From Armatimonadota bacterium (GTDB lineage: Bacteria; Armatimonadota; UBA5829): DNA of 64,000 nucleotides. Under the pieces are notes generated by a model that ran no database searches, was not told where the DNA came from, and saw nothing but the letters and a program-made list of their open reading frames with translations. Positions 40,312 through 51,179 of this stretch are shown here, piece by piece. Made by a program: the position numbers and the translations under genes. Each line of letters opens with the position of its first letter. Positions within the stretch are counted from its first letter, which is position 1. The stretch spans positions 1,555-65,554 of the forward strand of contig JARYME010000003.1 of assembly GCA_029907315.1 (NCBI GenBank), given 5' to 3'.

Positions 40312-41448
40312 TTACTGAACAACCTCCACCTTAGGTGGGGCAATGAAGCCGAAATACTTCTCAGTGCAGTCGCCCTGCTTGGTGTCTCCTTCGTGTACGT
40401 ATATCCGATACTGGAAGTGCAACTTCTCACCTGATCTAATGGTGTGATCTCCTGTCCACCCGCGCTCAGGTTCGTAGTACTTCAAGGCGAAAGGATTGGC
40501 GGCGAACAGGCCGTAGTCTCTGACGTGCCACCGCGTCGGATAACGGAAACTGGACGGATGATCCATAATCGTGATGCCGAAAACTGAGCCCTGCACTGGT
40601 CCGTAATAATCCACCCAGTGAGCGGGCCTTCCCCAGTTCTCAGCTTCTGTTCGAGCACCATAGGAATTGACTATCATACCCCCGCGGTCGCCGTCCATCG
40701 AGGTTGCGACTCGAACAGAAATGATACCGCCTTCTTTTGTGTCGCCCAAATGCACGTCGCCGTATGCACCAACGAAATCTATCACGGCGTCAACTATCCT
40801 CTCGCTCTGGAGATTCCAGATTGTGAACTCGCGCACATCTTCCATCTGAGGAGTGCCGTCGCTGCTTGTCCACACATTGCGGGCACGTATAGTTCCAAAA
40901 ACCGGACCGCTTGTAACCTCTTCGAACTCAATATGCCTGATGTAGCCGTGCCCAGGTGCTTCTGACCAATTGTCCGTACCATTCACTTCGCCGTAGGCAA
41001 CATAGACCGATCTATGATGCGGGTGATCGTGCTTCTCGCCCGGCACATCATCTCTCATTGGAAAATGACGTGTTACAGGGACATCGTTCGGTCCGATAAA
41101 GGGATACAAAAAGGGCCGCGGCCAATCCGTTCCATAGTGGTAGCGTGTGAACAACTTTCCCGCGATTTTGACCTCTAGGCGGCCGTCTCGGAGATCTGTA
41201 ATTTCAACCCCAGTGGTTTCGGACACAGGTTCTCTATCAAGGCGATATTCTTTGATTTCGCCTGGTCCGATCTTGGGTTCTATCCAAGTAATTTTTGTTC
41301 TGCCGCCGAGCTGTTGCACCTGGCAGGGAATCCGAGTGCCACTTCCATCAACAAGCGCAGCTACGTCGGAAAATTTTGCACCGTCGACAAAAGCCACCAT
41401 TGGGCAATTGGAGTAAGTGTGCGGTCCTGCTGTAAGCTTGATCTTCAT
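40312..41448 (-). CDS. DUF6807 (PmoA-like) family protein
   Basis: The product has the hallmark PRPFLYPFIGP ... DHPHHRSVYVAYGEVNGTDNW block of DUF6807. Confidence 0.75.
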   Translation of the reverse strand: MKIKLTAGPHTYSNCPMVAFVDGAKFSDVAALVDGSGTRIPCQVQQLGGRTKITWIEPKIGPGEIKEYRLDREPVSETTGVEITDLRDGRLEVKIAGKLFTRYHYGTDWPRPFLYPFIGPNDVPVTRHFPMRDDVPGEKHDHPHHRSVYVAYGEVNGTDNWSEAPGHGYIRHIEFEEVTSGPVFGTIRARNVWTSSDGTPQMEDVREFTIWNLQSERIVDAVIDFVGAYGDVHLGDTKEGGIISVRVATSMDGDRGGMIVNSYGARTEAENWGRPAHWVDYYGPVQGSVFGITIMDHPSSFRYPTRWHVRDYGLFAANPFALKYYEPERGWTGDHTIRSGEKLHFQYRIYVHEGDTKQGDCTEKYFGFIAPPKVEVVQ

Positions 41449-42269
41449 TCGAACACTCCTTTTAGATACGCTATTGATTGATTAGCAATGGTGATTGGAT
41501 CCGGAGAGAAATCAAATACCTCAACTGATATCCAACCGGAGTAGCCTATAGATTTTAGAGCAGCCGCAATCGGACGAAAATCCGTGCTGCCGAACCCCGG
41601 CCCGCGCTTGTTTGCATCGTTGGCGTGAAAGTGTCTGAGCAGGGAACCATGCTTGCGAATAATTTCGGGAATGGGAGTACTCTCAGAGCTCATCGCCTTC
41701 ACATCGAGCAGAAGCCGGAAATTCTCAGACGCCACTTGCTCTATCATAGCAGCCGCCTCGTCAGCCGTATTTATGAAGTTTGTTTCTTCTGGAGCAAGCG
41801 GCTCTAGGCAAAAAACCAACCCCAGTTTCTCAATCGTAGGCACTATTCGGCGAAACGTGTCAAGAGCATAGGTCCAAGCGGTATCAAAATCCAGCCCCTC
41901 GACAATGCTTCTTTGCTGGGGCGAGCCGAAAACCATCACCGTCCCGCCAAGATCAGCGCATAGCTCCGCCAGCTCGTTGAGGTATGCCACCGTTCGGCTA
42001 CGAACCTGCTCATCCGGATGATTGACGTGAAAACCCTCAGTCTTGGCGAGCAACCAATGCAGACCTACAATCTGCAAGCCGAATCGATCGGCAGTCTTGC
42101 GAAACTGCTCCCTAGCCTGTTTTGAAATCTCGCTTGGACTGCGCCCCAATGTGAAAGGCGCTATCTCAACCCCAGTGTAACCCGCTTCACTCGCAGCACG
42201 ACAAACTTCCTCGAATTCGCACTCGCCAAAGAGTTCGTTGCAAATTGCAAACCGCATAACAGGCTCCAA
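41445..42269 (-). CDS. Sugar phosphate isomerase/epimerase (xylose isomerase-like TIM barrel)
   Basis: The 274-aa product has the AP-endonuclease-2/xylose isomerase-like TIM barrel pattern. There is a 4-nt overlap with the upstream DUF6807 gene. Confidence 0.75.
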   Translation of the reverse strand: MEPVMRFAICNELFGECEFEEVCRAASEAGYTGVEIAPFTLGRSPSEISKQAREQFRKTADRFGLQIVGLHWLLAKTEGFHVNHPDEQVRSRTVAYLNELAELCADLGGTVMVFGSPQQRSIVEGLDFDTAWTYALDTFRRIVPTIEKLGLVFCLEPLAPEETNFINTADEAAAMIEQVASENFRLLLDVKAMSSESTPIPEIIRKHGSLLRHFHANDANKRGPGFGSTDFRPIAAALKSIGYSGWISVEVFDFSPDPITIANQSIAYLKGVFE

Positions 42270-42276
42270 ATCACGC

Positions 42277-43266
42277 CTAGCCCTTAGAAAGCTTCGTCGG
42301 ATACAAGAGCTGCTGAATCTTCGGATCGTTGAAGTTCTTCAATGTAACCACGCTCACGCCAGTATCTATCCTCGCCGGCACCTTTTCACCGCTTATCACG
42401 GCAACAGCTGCTTTAACACCCTCGTAGCCCATCTTGTAGGGGTTTTGCACAATCAAAGCTTGTATTGTGCCCTTCTTCAGAGCATCTATTTCAGCCTGAG
42501 CAGCATCGAAAGCCACCAGTTTGACCTTGCCACTGAGCCCGCGCATGTCCAGTGCTCGAGCGGCACCAACCGCCCCACCTTCATTGGCTGCAAATATACC
42601 GGCAAGCTTCGGGTGAGCAGTAAGCATGTCTTCCGTTGCTCGTATGCCTTGCATAATGTCGCTGTTTGAATAGAGTACGCTGACCAGCTTGATGTTTTTG
42701 TATTTAGCAATCTCTTCCTTGAAGCCTTGCTCGCGCATGTTCGAGGTTGCCGCGCCTTTTACAAACGGTATCAGTCCTACTTCTCCCTTTTCCCCGATCA
42801 ACTTTGCAAGAGTTCTGGCTGCTTGCCTAGCTCCCTCGATGTTGTCTGTTGCTATGAATGACTTCGGCACGTTCGATTTCACACCGGAATCGATTGTTAT
42901 AACAGGAATACCCGCTTTGTCCGCCTGCTCGACAGTGGGAACAAGGGCTTTTTCATTACAAGCAGCCATAACTATGGCATCGACTCTTTGGTTAATGAAG
43001 TTTTCTATAATGCGCTTCTGACCGGCGACATCTGTTTCCTTGGCGGGGCCCTTCCAAATAATCCTCGCTCCTGTCTCCTTGGCAGCGTCTTCGGCTCCGG
43101 CTTTAACAGCCAACCAGAACGATTGCGTAGTGCCCTTCGGAACCACTGCTATGACCAAAGTTCTTTTCGCAGATGTTTTGCCTTTTTCTGGGCCCTTGCC
43201 GCAGCCAACCAAACACAACAAGAAAACAACAAGAATAACAGCCAAAAATCGCTTCGAAGTAGTCAT
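42277..43266 (-). CDS. Sugar ABC transporter substrate-binding lipoprotein (RbsB-like periplasmic binding protein)
   Basis: The product has a lipobox, LCLVGCG, and a type I PBP fold similar to ribose/galactose-binding proteins. Confidence 0.8.
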   Translation of the reverse strand: MTTSKRFLAVILVVFLLCLVGCGKGPEKGKTSAKRTLVIAVVPKGTTQSFWLAVKAGAEDAAKETGARIIWKGPAKETDVAGQKRIIENFINQRVDAIVMAACNEKALVPTVEQADKAGIPVITIDSGVKSNVPKSFIATDNIEGARQAARTLAKLIGEKGEVGLIPFVKGAATSNMREQGFKEEIAKYKNIKLVSVLYSNSDIMQGIRATEDMLTAHPKLAGIFAANEGGAVGAARALDMRGLSGKVKLVAFDAAQAEIDALKKGTIQALIVQNPYKMGYEGVKAAVAVISGEKVPARIDTGVSVVTLKNFNDPKIQQLLYPTKLSKG

Positions 43267-43373
43267 AACCGTATTCGCCCCCGATGCGTTTGGTGCTCAC
43301 GCAGATTATAGCACAGGGCACAACTGTAAGTGCAGATATAGATATATCGAGGTTCTGTGTCTGCGAAGAAATC

Positions 43374-44315
43374 TTATTCTCGCCTGCGCATGCGATCGTA
43401 GAAAACAGCAAGGATGGTCATCAACCCCACCACAAACCTCTGCCAGTGCTCTGAAATATTGCGCAGGTCGCAACCGTTTCTCAGAACGGCAAGGATAAAA
43501 GCCCCCACAATGGTGCCACCGATTTTGCCTCTGCCCCCGAAGAGACTTGTTCCGCCGATTACCGCAGCTGCTATAGAGTCAAGCTCGTAGCCCTCACCCG
43601 CGGTTGGATCCGCAACCGTGATGTAAGCTACCATCATCATTCCAGCGAGACCGGCGATCAGGCCGTTAAGTGTGAATATGACTACAGTGTGCCGGTCAAT
43701 ATTGATCCCCGACAACCGAGCGGCTTCACGACTGCCCCCAATAGCGTAGCACTGCCTACCTAAGACCGTTCTGGTCAGGATCAGGTGCCAAGTGAGTGCA
43801 ACAGTGAACATCGCGCACACGAAAACTACAGCCATCGCGAAACTGTGAGCGGCGGTCCAACTTGAAACTTGCGGCGGTAGGTCGATGCTGACTCCTCCCG
43901 ATAAAACAAGCGCTACACCCCTCGCCATTCCCATCATTCCAAGCGTAGCGATAAACGCCGGAACTCTCGCCTTTGCGGTAACCAGACCGTTGATAAAGCC
44001 GCACAGACAACCCGTCGCCAAACCGAGCGCGGCGCAGACACCAATGGGCACTTGGTTCGCAGCTGTAAGCCCTGCAACTACACCTGACAACGCGAGGACC
44101 GACCCAACCGAAAGATCGATACCGCCCGAGATCATCACCATAGTCTGACCGACTGCAAGAACTATAATGATGGAATGCTGTCGCGCCAGATTGAGAAAGT
44201 TGTTGGTGGTGGCAAAACCCTTCGTTGAAGCAGCAAGCGCGATACCCAGAACGACCAGGAAAACAAGCGGAGCGTAACTGTCAGCTACCTGCTGCAAGGA
44301 TTTCACGCGAGACAT
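43374..44315 (-). CDS. Sugar ABC transporter permease (RbsC-like)
   Basis: The 313-aa polytopic membrane protein has a branched-chain/ribose permease-like sequence. Confidence 0.8.
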   Translation of the reverse strand: MSRVKSLQQVADSYAPLVFLVVLGIALAASTKGFATTNNFLNLARQHSIIIVLAVGQTMVMISGGIDLSVGSVLALSGVVAGLTAANQVPIGVCAALGLATGCLCGFINGLVTAKARVPAFIATLGMMGMARGVALVLSGGVSIDLPPQVSSWTAAHSFAMAVVFVCAMFTVALTWHLILTRTVLGRQCYAIGGSREAARLSGINIDRHTVVIFTLNGLIAGLAGMMMVAYITVADPTAGEGYELDSIAAAVIGGTSLFGGRGKIGGTIVGAFILAVLRNGCDLRNISEHWQRFVVGLMTILAVFYDRMRRRE

Positions 44316-44412
44316 CGATTCTTCCTTACCTCAAAAAGGGCCCGTCTCCACAAGAATCGGAACGGGCCCTTTGTTTTGTTCAGCACGAGTCCGGCTACTC
44401 TCTGCGTCGGAC

Positions 44413-45717
44413 TTACACCTTCTGAAGCCTTCCAGACAGATAGGCATCGTAAGCCGCCAGGTCTAAAAGCCCATGACCGCTGTGGTTGAACAGAATTACG
44501 CGTTCCTTGCCTTCCTCTTTGGCAGCCAGGGCTTCGTCCATCGCTGCTTTGATCGCGTGCGCCGACTCAGGAGCGGAGATAATGCCTTCCGCGCGAGCGA
44601 AACTGATCGCCGCTTCGAAGATATCCAGCTGCTGGTATGCTCTAGCCTCCATCAGTCCCTTGTCGACCAAGAGGCTGACGAGTGGCGCCATTCCGTGATA
44701 TCGCAAACCGCCTGCGTGTATTGGAGGAGGAATGAAATCGGCGCCCAGAGTGTGCATCTTGAGCAGCGGCGTCATTTGTGCCGTGTCGCCGAAATCATAT
44801 TCGTAACGACCCTTGGTCAGTGTAGGACAAGCCACAGGCTCAACAGCAATGAAGCGTATGTCCTTCTTGCCGTCCAGTTTGTAGGGCATAAATGGGAAAG
44901 CCAAACCGGCGTAGTTGCTGCCGCCACCTACACACCCGATCACCACGTCCGGCAAGCAGCCTGCCATCTCCATCTGCTTGACCGCTTCTTGGCCAATAAC
45001 CGTCTGGTGCAGGAGAACGTGATTTAGAACGCTGCCCAAGGAATACTTGACGTCCGGCGAAGAAGTGGCATCTTCCAAAGCCTCACTTATCGCAATGCCG
45101 AGGCTGCCCGGACAATTCGGATCTTTTTCCAACACTTTGCGGCCAAAGTTAGTGTGCTCGCTAGGACTTGGATATATGGTGGCTCCGTAGGTTTGCATGA
45201 CGAACTTGCGGTAGGGTTTCTGGTCGTAACTGATCCGCACCATGTAGACAGTTGCTTCCAGACCGAAGAAACAGCAGGCCATCGACAAAGCACTTCCCCA
45301 CTGACCTGCGCCGGTCTCGGTAGCGATCCGCTTCACACCTTCACGCTTGTTGTAATAGGCCTGCGCAACCGCGGTATTCGGCTTGTGGCTACCGACCGGA
45401 CTCACGCCCTCCCATTTATAGAATATTTTTGCCGGAGTGCCGAGCATCTTCTCCCATCGCGTAGCCCTGAAAAGCGGGGTCGGCCGCCAAATGCTGAGGA
45501 CATCGAGAACCTCTTCGGGTATCTTAACCCATTTCTCGGTGCACATTTCCTGCTCGATGAGCGCCATAGGAAAGATTGGAGCAAGATCGTCGGGACCTGC
45601 CGGTTGCCTAGTAGCCGGGTGAAGCGGCGGAGGAGGAGCTTCGCCAAGATCGGCCACGATGTTGTACCAGGCAGTAGGTATGTCCTTTTGGCTCAGTAGA
45701 AACTGCCTCTGTTCCAT
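44413..45717 (-). CDS. trpB2: Tryptophan synthase beta chain-like protein, TrpB2 type. The start was taken at MEQRQFLL.
   Basis: The product has the PLP-enzyme motifs and the TrpB2-specific N-terminus (PTAWYNI...), and a length of about 435 aa. Confidence 0.8.
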   Translation of the reverse strand: MEQRQFLLSQKDIPTAWYNIVADLGEAPPPPLHPATRQPAGPDDLAPIFPMALIEQEMCTEKWVKIPEEVLDVLSIWRPTPLFRATRWEKMLGTPAKIFYKWEGVSPVGSHKPNTAVAQAYYNKREGVKRIATETGAGQWGSALSMACCFFGLEATVYMVRISYDQKPYRKFVMQTYGATIYPSPSEHTNFGRKVLEKDPNCPGSLGIAISEALEDATSSPDVKYSLGSVLNHVLLHQTVIGQEAVKQMEMAGCLPDVVIGCVGGGSNYAGLAFPFMPYKLDGKKDIRFIAVEPVACPTLTKGRYEYDFGDTAQMTPLLKMHTLGADFIPPPIHAGGLRYHGMAPLVSLLVDKGLMEARAYQQLDIFEAAISFARAEGIISAPESAHAIKAAMDEALAAKEEGKERVILFNHSGHGLLDLAAYDAYLSGRLQKV

Positions 45718-45934
45718 AAAAGTGCCTCCCTCGAATTCTCTCGCAGTTGATAACTTGCGTCGTTGGAAACAAGGGCTCAACGACAGCGCAAACCAGAATC
45801 TATTGTCGGCGTATATTGTAGTTTGAAAGAGAGTTGAAGGCAAGTTAATCACGATTTCAACCCCTGTCGACAAGATCGCAAGTAGCTTAGTGGTGTTATA
45901 ATTCGTTCTAGGAACTCACCTAAGGAGGAACGCT

Positions 45935-46978
45935 ATGCCGGATAAACTGCGAACTGTGCTTGTAGGGTGCGGCAGCATTAGTAGAACTTGGCTGAATGCC
46001 GTGCGCGACATGGATGACGTCGAAGTTGTTGGTTTGGTGGACATCAACGAGGAAGCAGCCAAACAAAGACAGCAGGAATACTCGTTACCGTCCGCTGTGG
46101 TAGACACCGACCTGCGGCGCGTCCTGAAGCACACCAATCCGGACATTGTATTTGACTGCTCAACGCCGTCCGCCCACGCAGAAGTGACAATAACCGCTCT
46201 TGAGCACGGCTGCCACGTCCTGGGCGAGAAGCCTATGGCCGACAGCATGGAAAACGCTTGGAAGATGATCAACGCAGCACAAGACGCGGGTAAGGTCTAC
46301 GCCGTCATGCAAAACCGCCGATACGACCCCAGAATCCGCTCTTTGCGGCGGTTCTTGGCATCTGGCAGAATCGGCGACCTGACCACCCTGCACAGCGACT
46401 TCTTCATCGGCGCCCATTTCGGCGGCTATCGAGACAGAATGGAGCATGTGCTTCTACTGGACATGGCGATTCACACGTTTGACCAAGCGCGCCTGATTTC
46501 GGGAGCAAACCCGAAAGCTGTCTATTGCAAAGAATGGAACCCTAAGGGTAGTTGGTATGACCACGACGCCAGCGCGGTTTGCATTTTCGAGATGACCGAC
46601 GGAATAGTCTATACCTACCGCGGAAGTTGGTGCGCAGAAGGTCTTTCCACCACGTGGGAAAGCTCGTGGCGATGCCTTTGTGAGCGCGGATCAGTCATCT
46701 GGGACGGTGCTGACGGTTTTCAAGCGCAAGGCGTCGCGGAAACAGGTGGATTTCTCTCAAAGCTGGAATACATCGATGTTCCGGTGTTGGCCGACGAAAA
46801 ATCCGGAGGTCATGCGGGCCTTATCAAGGACTTCGTGCAGTGCATAAAAGTCGGCTCAACACCGGAAACCATTTGCACCGACAACATACACAGCCTAGCC
46901 ATGGTGTTCGCCGCCATAGAAAGCGCTGAAACAGGGGGACGCGTCGAGCTCTCCTCACTTGGCAAGAGTGGGTCTTGA
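45935..46978 (+). CDS. Gfo/Idh/MocA-family oxidoreductase
   Basis: The product has an N-terminal Rossmann GxGxxG (VLVGCGSISRTW) followed by an EKP motif (HVLGEKPMA). Confidence 0.85.
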   Translation: MPDKLRTVLVGCGSISRTWLNAVRDMDDVEVVGLVDINEEAAKQRQQEYSLPSAVVDTDLRRVLKHTNPDIVFDCSTPSAHAEVTITALEHGCHVLGEKPMADSMENAWKMINAAQDAGKVYAVMQNRRYDPRIRSLRRFLASGRIGDLTTLHSDFFIGAHFGGYRDRMEHVLLLDMAIHTFDQARLISGANPKAVYCKEWNPKGSWYDHDASAVCIFEMTDGIVYTYRGSWCAEGLSTTWESSWRCLCERGSVIWDGADGFQAQGVAETGGFLSKLEYIDVPVLADEKSGGHAGLIKDFVQCIKVGSTPETICTDNIHSLAMVFAAIESAETGGRVELSSLGKSGS

Positions 46979-47031
46979 TGATATAATGAAATCAGACGGG
47001 ACAACCCGTTACCCTCGGCTCTTCGCAGCAA

Positions 47032-47421
47032 TTGCCAGGGAGGCAGGCGACTGAGCCATCCGGCGCAGGGAGGTGTACATTGAGCGCGAGGTCCATAATA
47101 CGCTGCAACTGCGGCCAGCGCATCTATGCAAAGGATGTGGTTCAGACGGGTTACTACCTGCGACTGGTCGGCCCCAGTTTTGTCTACATCAAGTACCGCT
47201 GCTCCAGGTGCAAGAAGCTTGGCGAACAGTTCGTCAAGCAAGAAGAATGGGAAGAAGGTATCCTCAACGATACCCCGTGCGAGCTTTCCCCCGAGGAAAA
47301 GAAGCGGTTTGAGAGAATGAAGCCGATCGACATCCATGAATGCATAGATGCCCATTTCGAGCTTGAGAAGATCGAGACTGTGTCGGATCTTCTCGACCGC
47401 CTCGAGGAGGCCAAGAGATAG
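47032..47421 (+). CDS. Hypothetical zinc-ribbon protein
   Basis: The product has two CxxC pairs (CNCGQ ... CSRCKK). Confidence 0.4.
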   Translation: MPGRQATEPSGAGRCTLSARSIIRCNCGQRIYAKDVVQTGYYLRLVGPSFVYIKYRCSRCKKLGEQFVKQEEWEEGILNDTPCELSPEEKKRFERMKPIDIHECIDAHFELEKIETVSDLLDRLEEAKR

Positions 47422-47458
47422 GTGTAAAATGCCCCTTGCAATATAGCGGCGGCCCCGG

Positions 47459-48223
47459 GTGCGGGCCGCCGTTGTGCTAACTGGCACAACCCATTTGATG
47501 AAGCCGCAAGCATTTTGCTGCGGCTGTATGAGAAGACGAAACCCCATCCTTGAAAGGAGAGTAGGCAAGTTGGCAAGTATATCGGACATAGCAGAACAGT
47601 TGCGTAACCTGCTCGACGCCACAAATCAAGCCCGCGAAGAGGCGCTGCGCATAGCTCGCGAGGTAATTCGATTTTCGGCAAACTCAATAAGGGCCAGTCA
47701 TCGCGAGGAGTATGAAACTGCTCGAGAGCTAATGTCGGAAGCTCGAGCCCGAGCCGACCAAATGCGCGAGATGCTCAAACAACACCCCGAGATCTACTAC
47801 GCGGGGTATGTACAAGACGCCCAGAAGGAATATGCTGAGGCTGAGTTGACTTACGCAATCATTAGAGAACAGCCTCTGCCTCGGCACGATGAGCTGGGCG
47901 TTGAGCCGGCCGCTTACCTGAATGGTTTGGCGGAGGCAATCGGTGAGTGCCGTCGGCACGTACTGGATTTGCTACGCCACGGCGACCTTGATAGGGGCGA
48001 GCGCATCTTGAACATAATGGACGAAGCCTACTATGCGCTGATTACTTTCGATTACCCAGACGCCGTTACCCAAGGACTGCGGAGGCAGACGGACATGGTG
48101 CGCGGTGTTCTAGAGCGAACGCGGGGGGATATAACGCTTCTGCAGCAACAGCGAGAATTGGAGATTACAATTCGATCCGCCGTAGAAAAGCTGAGCGATG
48201 CAGCACGCTCTGACAATCCTTAG
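47459..48223 (+). CDS. Translin-family protein (putative). The real start is probably the in-frame TTG/GTG near 47561-47570, downstream of an AAGGAGA RBS.
   Basis: This all-alpha protein's C-terminal half aligns by eye with eukaryotic translin (human EDYLSGVLILASEL...GDY...NDSLRKRYDGL versus here AAYLNGLAEAIGEC...GDLDRGERILNIMDEAYYALITFDYPDAVTQGLRRQTD). It overlaps the cca gene by 26 nt. Confidence 0.45.
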   Translation: MRAAVVLTGTTHLMKPQAFCCGCMRRRNPILERRVGKLASISDIAEQLRNLLDATNQAREEALRIAREVIRFSANSIRASHREEYETARELMSEARARADQMREMLKQHPEIYYAGYVQDAQKEYAEAELTYAIIREQPLPRHDELGVEPAAYLNGLAEAIGECRRHVLDLLRHGDLDRGERILNIMDEAYYALITFDYPDAVTQGLRRQTDMVRGVLERTRGDITLLQQQRELEITIRSAVEKLSDAARSDNP

Positions 48224-49616
48224 GGAAGCAACAAAGAATACGCCTTACGAAGGTAAGCTTTATGTGGTGGGTGGCGCAGTACGCGCCAAGTACCTCCCGC
48301 CAGATTCGCGCAACCGACACGCAGAATCTTCCGAAACTGAAAACGAAGACGTCGATATCGTGCTTGAAGGAAACGCCCTCGAGCTGGCAGAGTTCCTCTT
48401 CAGCAAAGGCGTATGCAAACACAAGCCAGTAGCGTATCCTCGGTTCGGAACAGCCATGATAACTATTGGCAACACCCAGGTAGAGCTGGCGAGCGCCCGC
48501 AAAGAATCCTACGAGCCGACAAGTCGAAAGCCCTACACGGAACCAGCAACCCTGCTTGACGATGTGATGCGTAGGGATTTCACCATCAACACCCTCCTGG
48601 AAAACTTGCATACAGGAGAAGTTATGGACCTCACAGGCAAGGCTCTGGCCGACATCCGAGACCGGATAATTCGCACCCCGCGAGACCCCGAGAAGACATT
48701 CGAAGAAGACCCTTTGCGCATGCTGCGAGCAATTAGATTTGCGACCAGGCTAGGTTTTTCCATCCACGAAGAGACCTTTAACGCCATCAGATCAATGGCT
48801 CACCGCCTTGAAATCGTAAGTCCCGAACGTATCCGAGACGAGTTTGTCAAGATCCTGATGTCAGCCAACGCAGCCTGGGGACTGGAAAAGCTGCTGGAAT
48901 CTAGTCTGCTCCAGCAGTTTGCTCCGGAGCTTGCAGCAATGCGAGGCGTAACTCAGAACGTGTACCACCTCTACGACGTGTGGACTCACACGCTTAAGAC
49001 TGTTGAAGCCATCTCTCCCGATGAAGGTCTGCTGCTACGACTGGCTGCCCTTCTGCATGATATAGGCAAAGTGCAGACCCGCACAGTCGACGAACAAGGA
49101 AACGTGCATTTCTATGGCCACCAAACGGTAGGGGCTAAAATGGCTCGGGACTTTCTGCAGCGCCTGCGTTTTCCCAACTCTTTAATCGACAAAGTTGCAT
49201 TTCTCATATTAATGCATCTGCGAGTTGGGGAATATCACAATCAGTGGTCTGATGCGGCTGTCCGCCGGTTGATTCGCGATCTTGGCGATCTGTTGGAAGA
49301 AGCGATCAAACTGACCCAGGCAGACAAAGCTGCAGCCAATCCGGATGCGGCGTACGTCGACCTTGAGGAATTGAAACGGCGCATCGCCAAGGTCCGAGAA
49401 GAAATGAGCGGCAGACAGTTCGTAAGTCCACTCAACGGCAACGAGATCATGGCTGTGCTCGGAATTGGGCCGGGCCCGGAGGTTGGGGCCTTGAAAGCAT
49501 TTTTGGAATCCGAGGTAGTGGACGGAAGACTCAAACCTGGAGATAAGGCCGCTGCAGTCGAGCTCCTGCGCCGCAAGTACTTCGAAAACAAAAGTGCACA
49601 GGACTCGAAGAGTTGA
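48198..49616 (+). CDS. cca: CCA-adding enzyme / tRNA nucleotidyltransferase (class II Pol-beta head, HD domain and C-terminal extension)
   Basis: The product has the head domain GGAVRAKYL...DVDIV, RDFTINTL, a later HD motif (LLHDIGK) and a length of 472 aa. Confidence 0.85.
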   Translation: MQHALTILREATKNTPYEGKLYVVGGAVRAKYLPPDSRNRHAESSETENEDVDIVLEGNALELAEFLFSKGVCKHKPVAYPRFGTAMITIGNTQVELASARKESYEPTSRKPYTEPATLLDDVMRRDFTINTLLENLHTGEVMDLTGKALADIRDRIIRTPRDPEKTFEEDPLRMLRAIRFATRLGFSIHEETFNAIRSMAHRLEIVSPERIRDEFVKILMSANAAWGLEKLLESSLLQQFAPELAAMRGVTQNVYHLYDVWTHTLKTVEAISPDEGLLLRLAALLHDIGKVQTRTVDEQGNVHFYGHQTVGAKMARDFLQRLRFPNSLIDKVAFLILMHLRVGEYHNQWSDAAVRRLIRDLGDLLEEAIKLTQADKAAANPDAAYVDLEELKRRIAKVREEMSGRQFVSPLNGNEIMAVLGIGPGPEVGALKAFLESEVVDGRLKPGDKAAAVELLRRKYFENKSAQDSKS

Positions 49617-49763
49617 AGGGCGCGTAGAGCCCACCAGCAAGCGCCGACAAGGCACTCTGCACATCAATACTGCAGCTGACCTACACACGAAAAATCGCTG
49701 AAGCACCCTCCGAGCAAGCCAGGAATCCAGTTGCTGCATTTGCCGAGGCAGGTGAGGTAACAA

Positions 49764-51179
49764 GTGCGGCTCGAGCATGGTCTCAAACAAACGCTGAATC
49801 AGAGAATCGACCCCAAGTTGATAATGGCGAACAACATCCTGCAGCTGACCACTATGGAACTGCAACAGGCCATAGAGCAGGAACTAGCTGAGAATCCGGC
49901 GCTGGAAGTACCGGAAGAAGACGCGTGTGAAAACTGCGACCAGCCCAAAACGCTCTGCATAGACTGCCCGTTACGCAAACAGCTGGTCAGTTCCGACGAA
50001 GTCGACCTATCAATCTACGAACTGGAACAACCGGCAGAGTTTTTTGCCGACGCAGATGAGGAAACCGATTTTATCTCCAACATAGGCGAGCAAATAACCC
50101 TGCACGAGCATCTGACTTCAATGATGCGTGCGTCGCTACCCGAAGAGAAATGGCGGATAGGAGATTACATAATTGCCAACATAGGAGACTCAGGCTATCT
50201 GGAATGCTCGGTAGAGGAGATAGCATTCGAGCTAGGCGAATCCCCTGAAGAAGTCGAATCCGTACTCTCCGTGATACAGACGTTCGACCCGCCGGGAGTA
50301 GGCGCCCGCAACCTGCAAGAATGTTTGAGAATCCAGCTGACCAGACTTGCTGAAGAGGACCGAGGTAACGCCGTAGCATCGGCCATAGTCGATCATTTTT
50401 TCCAGGATATGCTTTCGGGAAGGACAGGTCGCATAGCACGCAGACTTAAAGTCCCTGTCCAGCAAGTGGTTGAAGCAATCGAATTCATCAGGAAGCAGCT
50501 CAACCCATACCCTGGTAATGCGTTTCGGTCGCCATTCGCGAGCGACTCGGACCGGAGCACCGCAGGAACCATTAAACCGGACGTAATCGTTCGAAAGACC
50601 GAAGCGGGATACGAAGTAGAAGTGGTCGGTTACGAACAGTATTTCCTCAGGGTCAGTCCTAAGTACCGCGCAATGTATGAAGAGCTCAAAAATGGTAAGG
50701 CAAACCAATACAGCGAAGAAGACAGAAAACACGTCACTGAGTTCGTAGAACGTGCAGAGCTTTTTATCAAATACATCAATGAGCGCCGAAGGACACTCCG
50801 TCAGATAACCAAGGCAATTGTCGAATACCAACAGGGATACATAGAAACAGGTTCACGTGCATTTCTAAGACCTCTTACTCGGACGAAATTAGCAAAAGTG
50901 CTCGGTATGCACGAATCGACGGTGAGCCGTGCAACAGCGGGAAAGTACGTGCAGCTGCCCAGTGAAGAGGTGGTGCCATTTGACTTTTTCTTCGATGGTT
51001 CGGCCTCGGTCAAAGACATGATTATTGAACTCATAAAGTCCGAAGATCCCTCGAACCCTCTGAGCGATCAACAGATAGCTGACATACTTCGCGAACGCGG
51101 GTACAACGTCGCCAGGCGGACGGTTGTCAAATATAGAGAAGCAGAAAAGATACTTTCATCGCGCCAACGCCGAGTGTAG
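49764..51179 (+). CDS. rpoN: RNA polymerase sigma-54 factor
   Basis: The product has the region I N-terminus, HTH and the C-terminal RpoN box, ARRTVVKYRE. Confidence 0.93.
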   Translation: MRLEHGLKQTLNQRIDPKLIMANNILQLTTMELQQAIEQELAENPALEVPEEDACENCDQPKTLCIDCPLRKQLVSSDEVDLSIYELEQPAEFFADADEETDFISNIGEQITLHEHLTSMMRASLPEEKWRIGDYIIANIGDSGYLECSVEEIAFELGESPEEVESVLSVIQTFDPPGVGARNLQECLRIQLTRLAEEDRGNAVASAIVDHFFQDMLSGRTGRIARRLKVPVQQVVEAIEFIRKQLNPYPGNAFRSPFASDSDRSTAGTIKPDVIVRKTEAGYEVEVVGYEQYFLRVSPKYRAMYEELKNGKANQYSEEDRKHVTEFVERAELFIKYINERRRTLRQITKAIVEYQQGYIETGSRAFLRPLTRTKLAKVLGMHESTVSRATAGKYVQLPSEEVVPFDFFFDGSASVKDMIIELIKSEDPSNPLSDQQIADILRERGYNVARRTVVKYREAEKILSSRQRRV

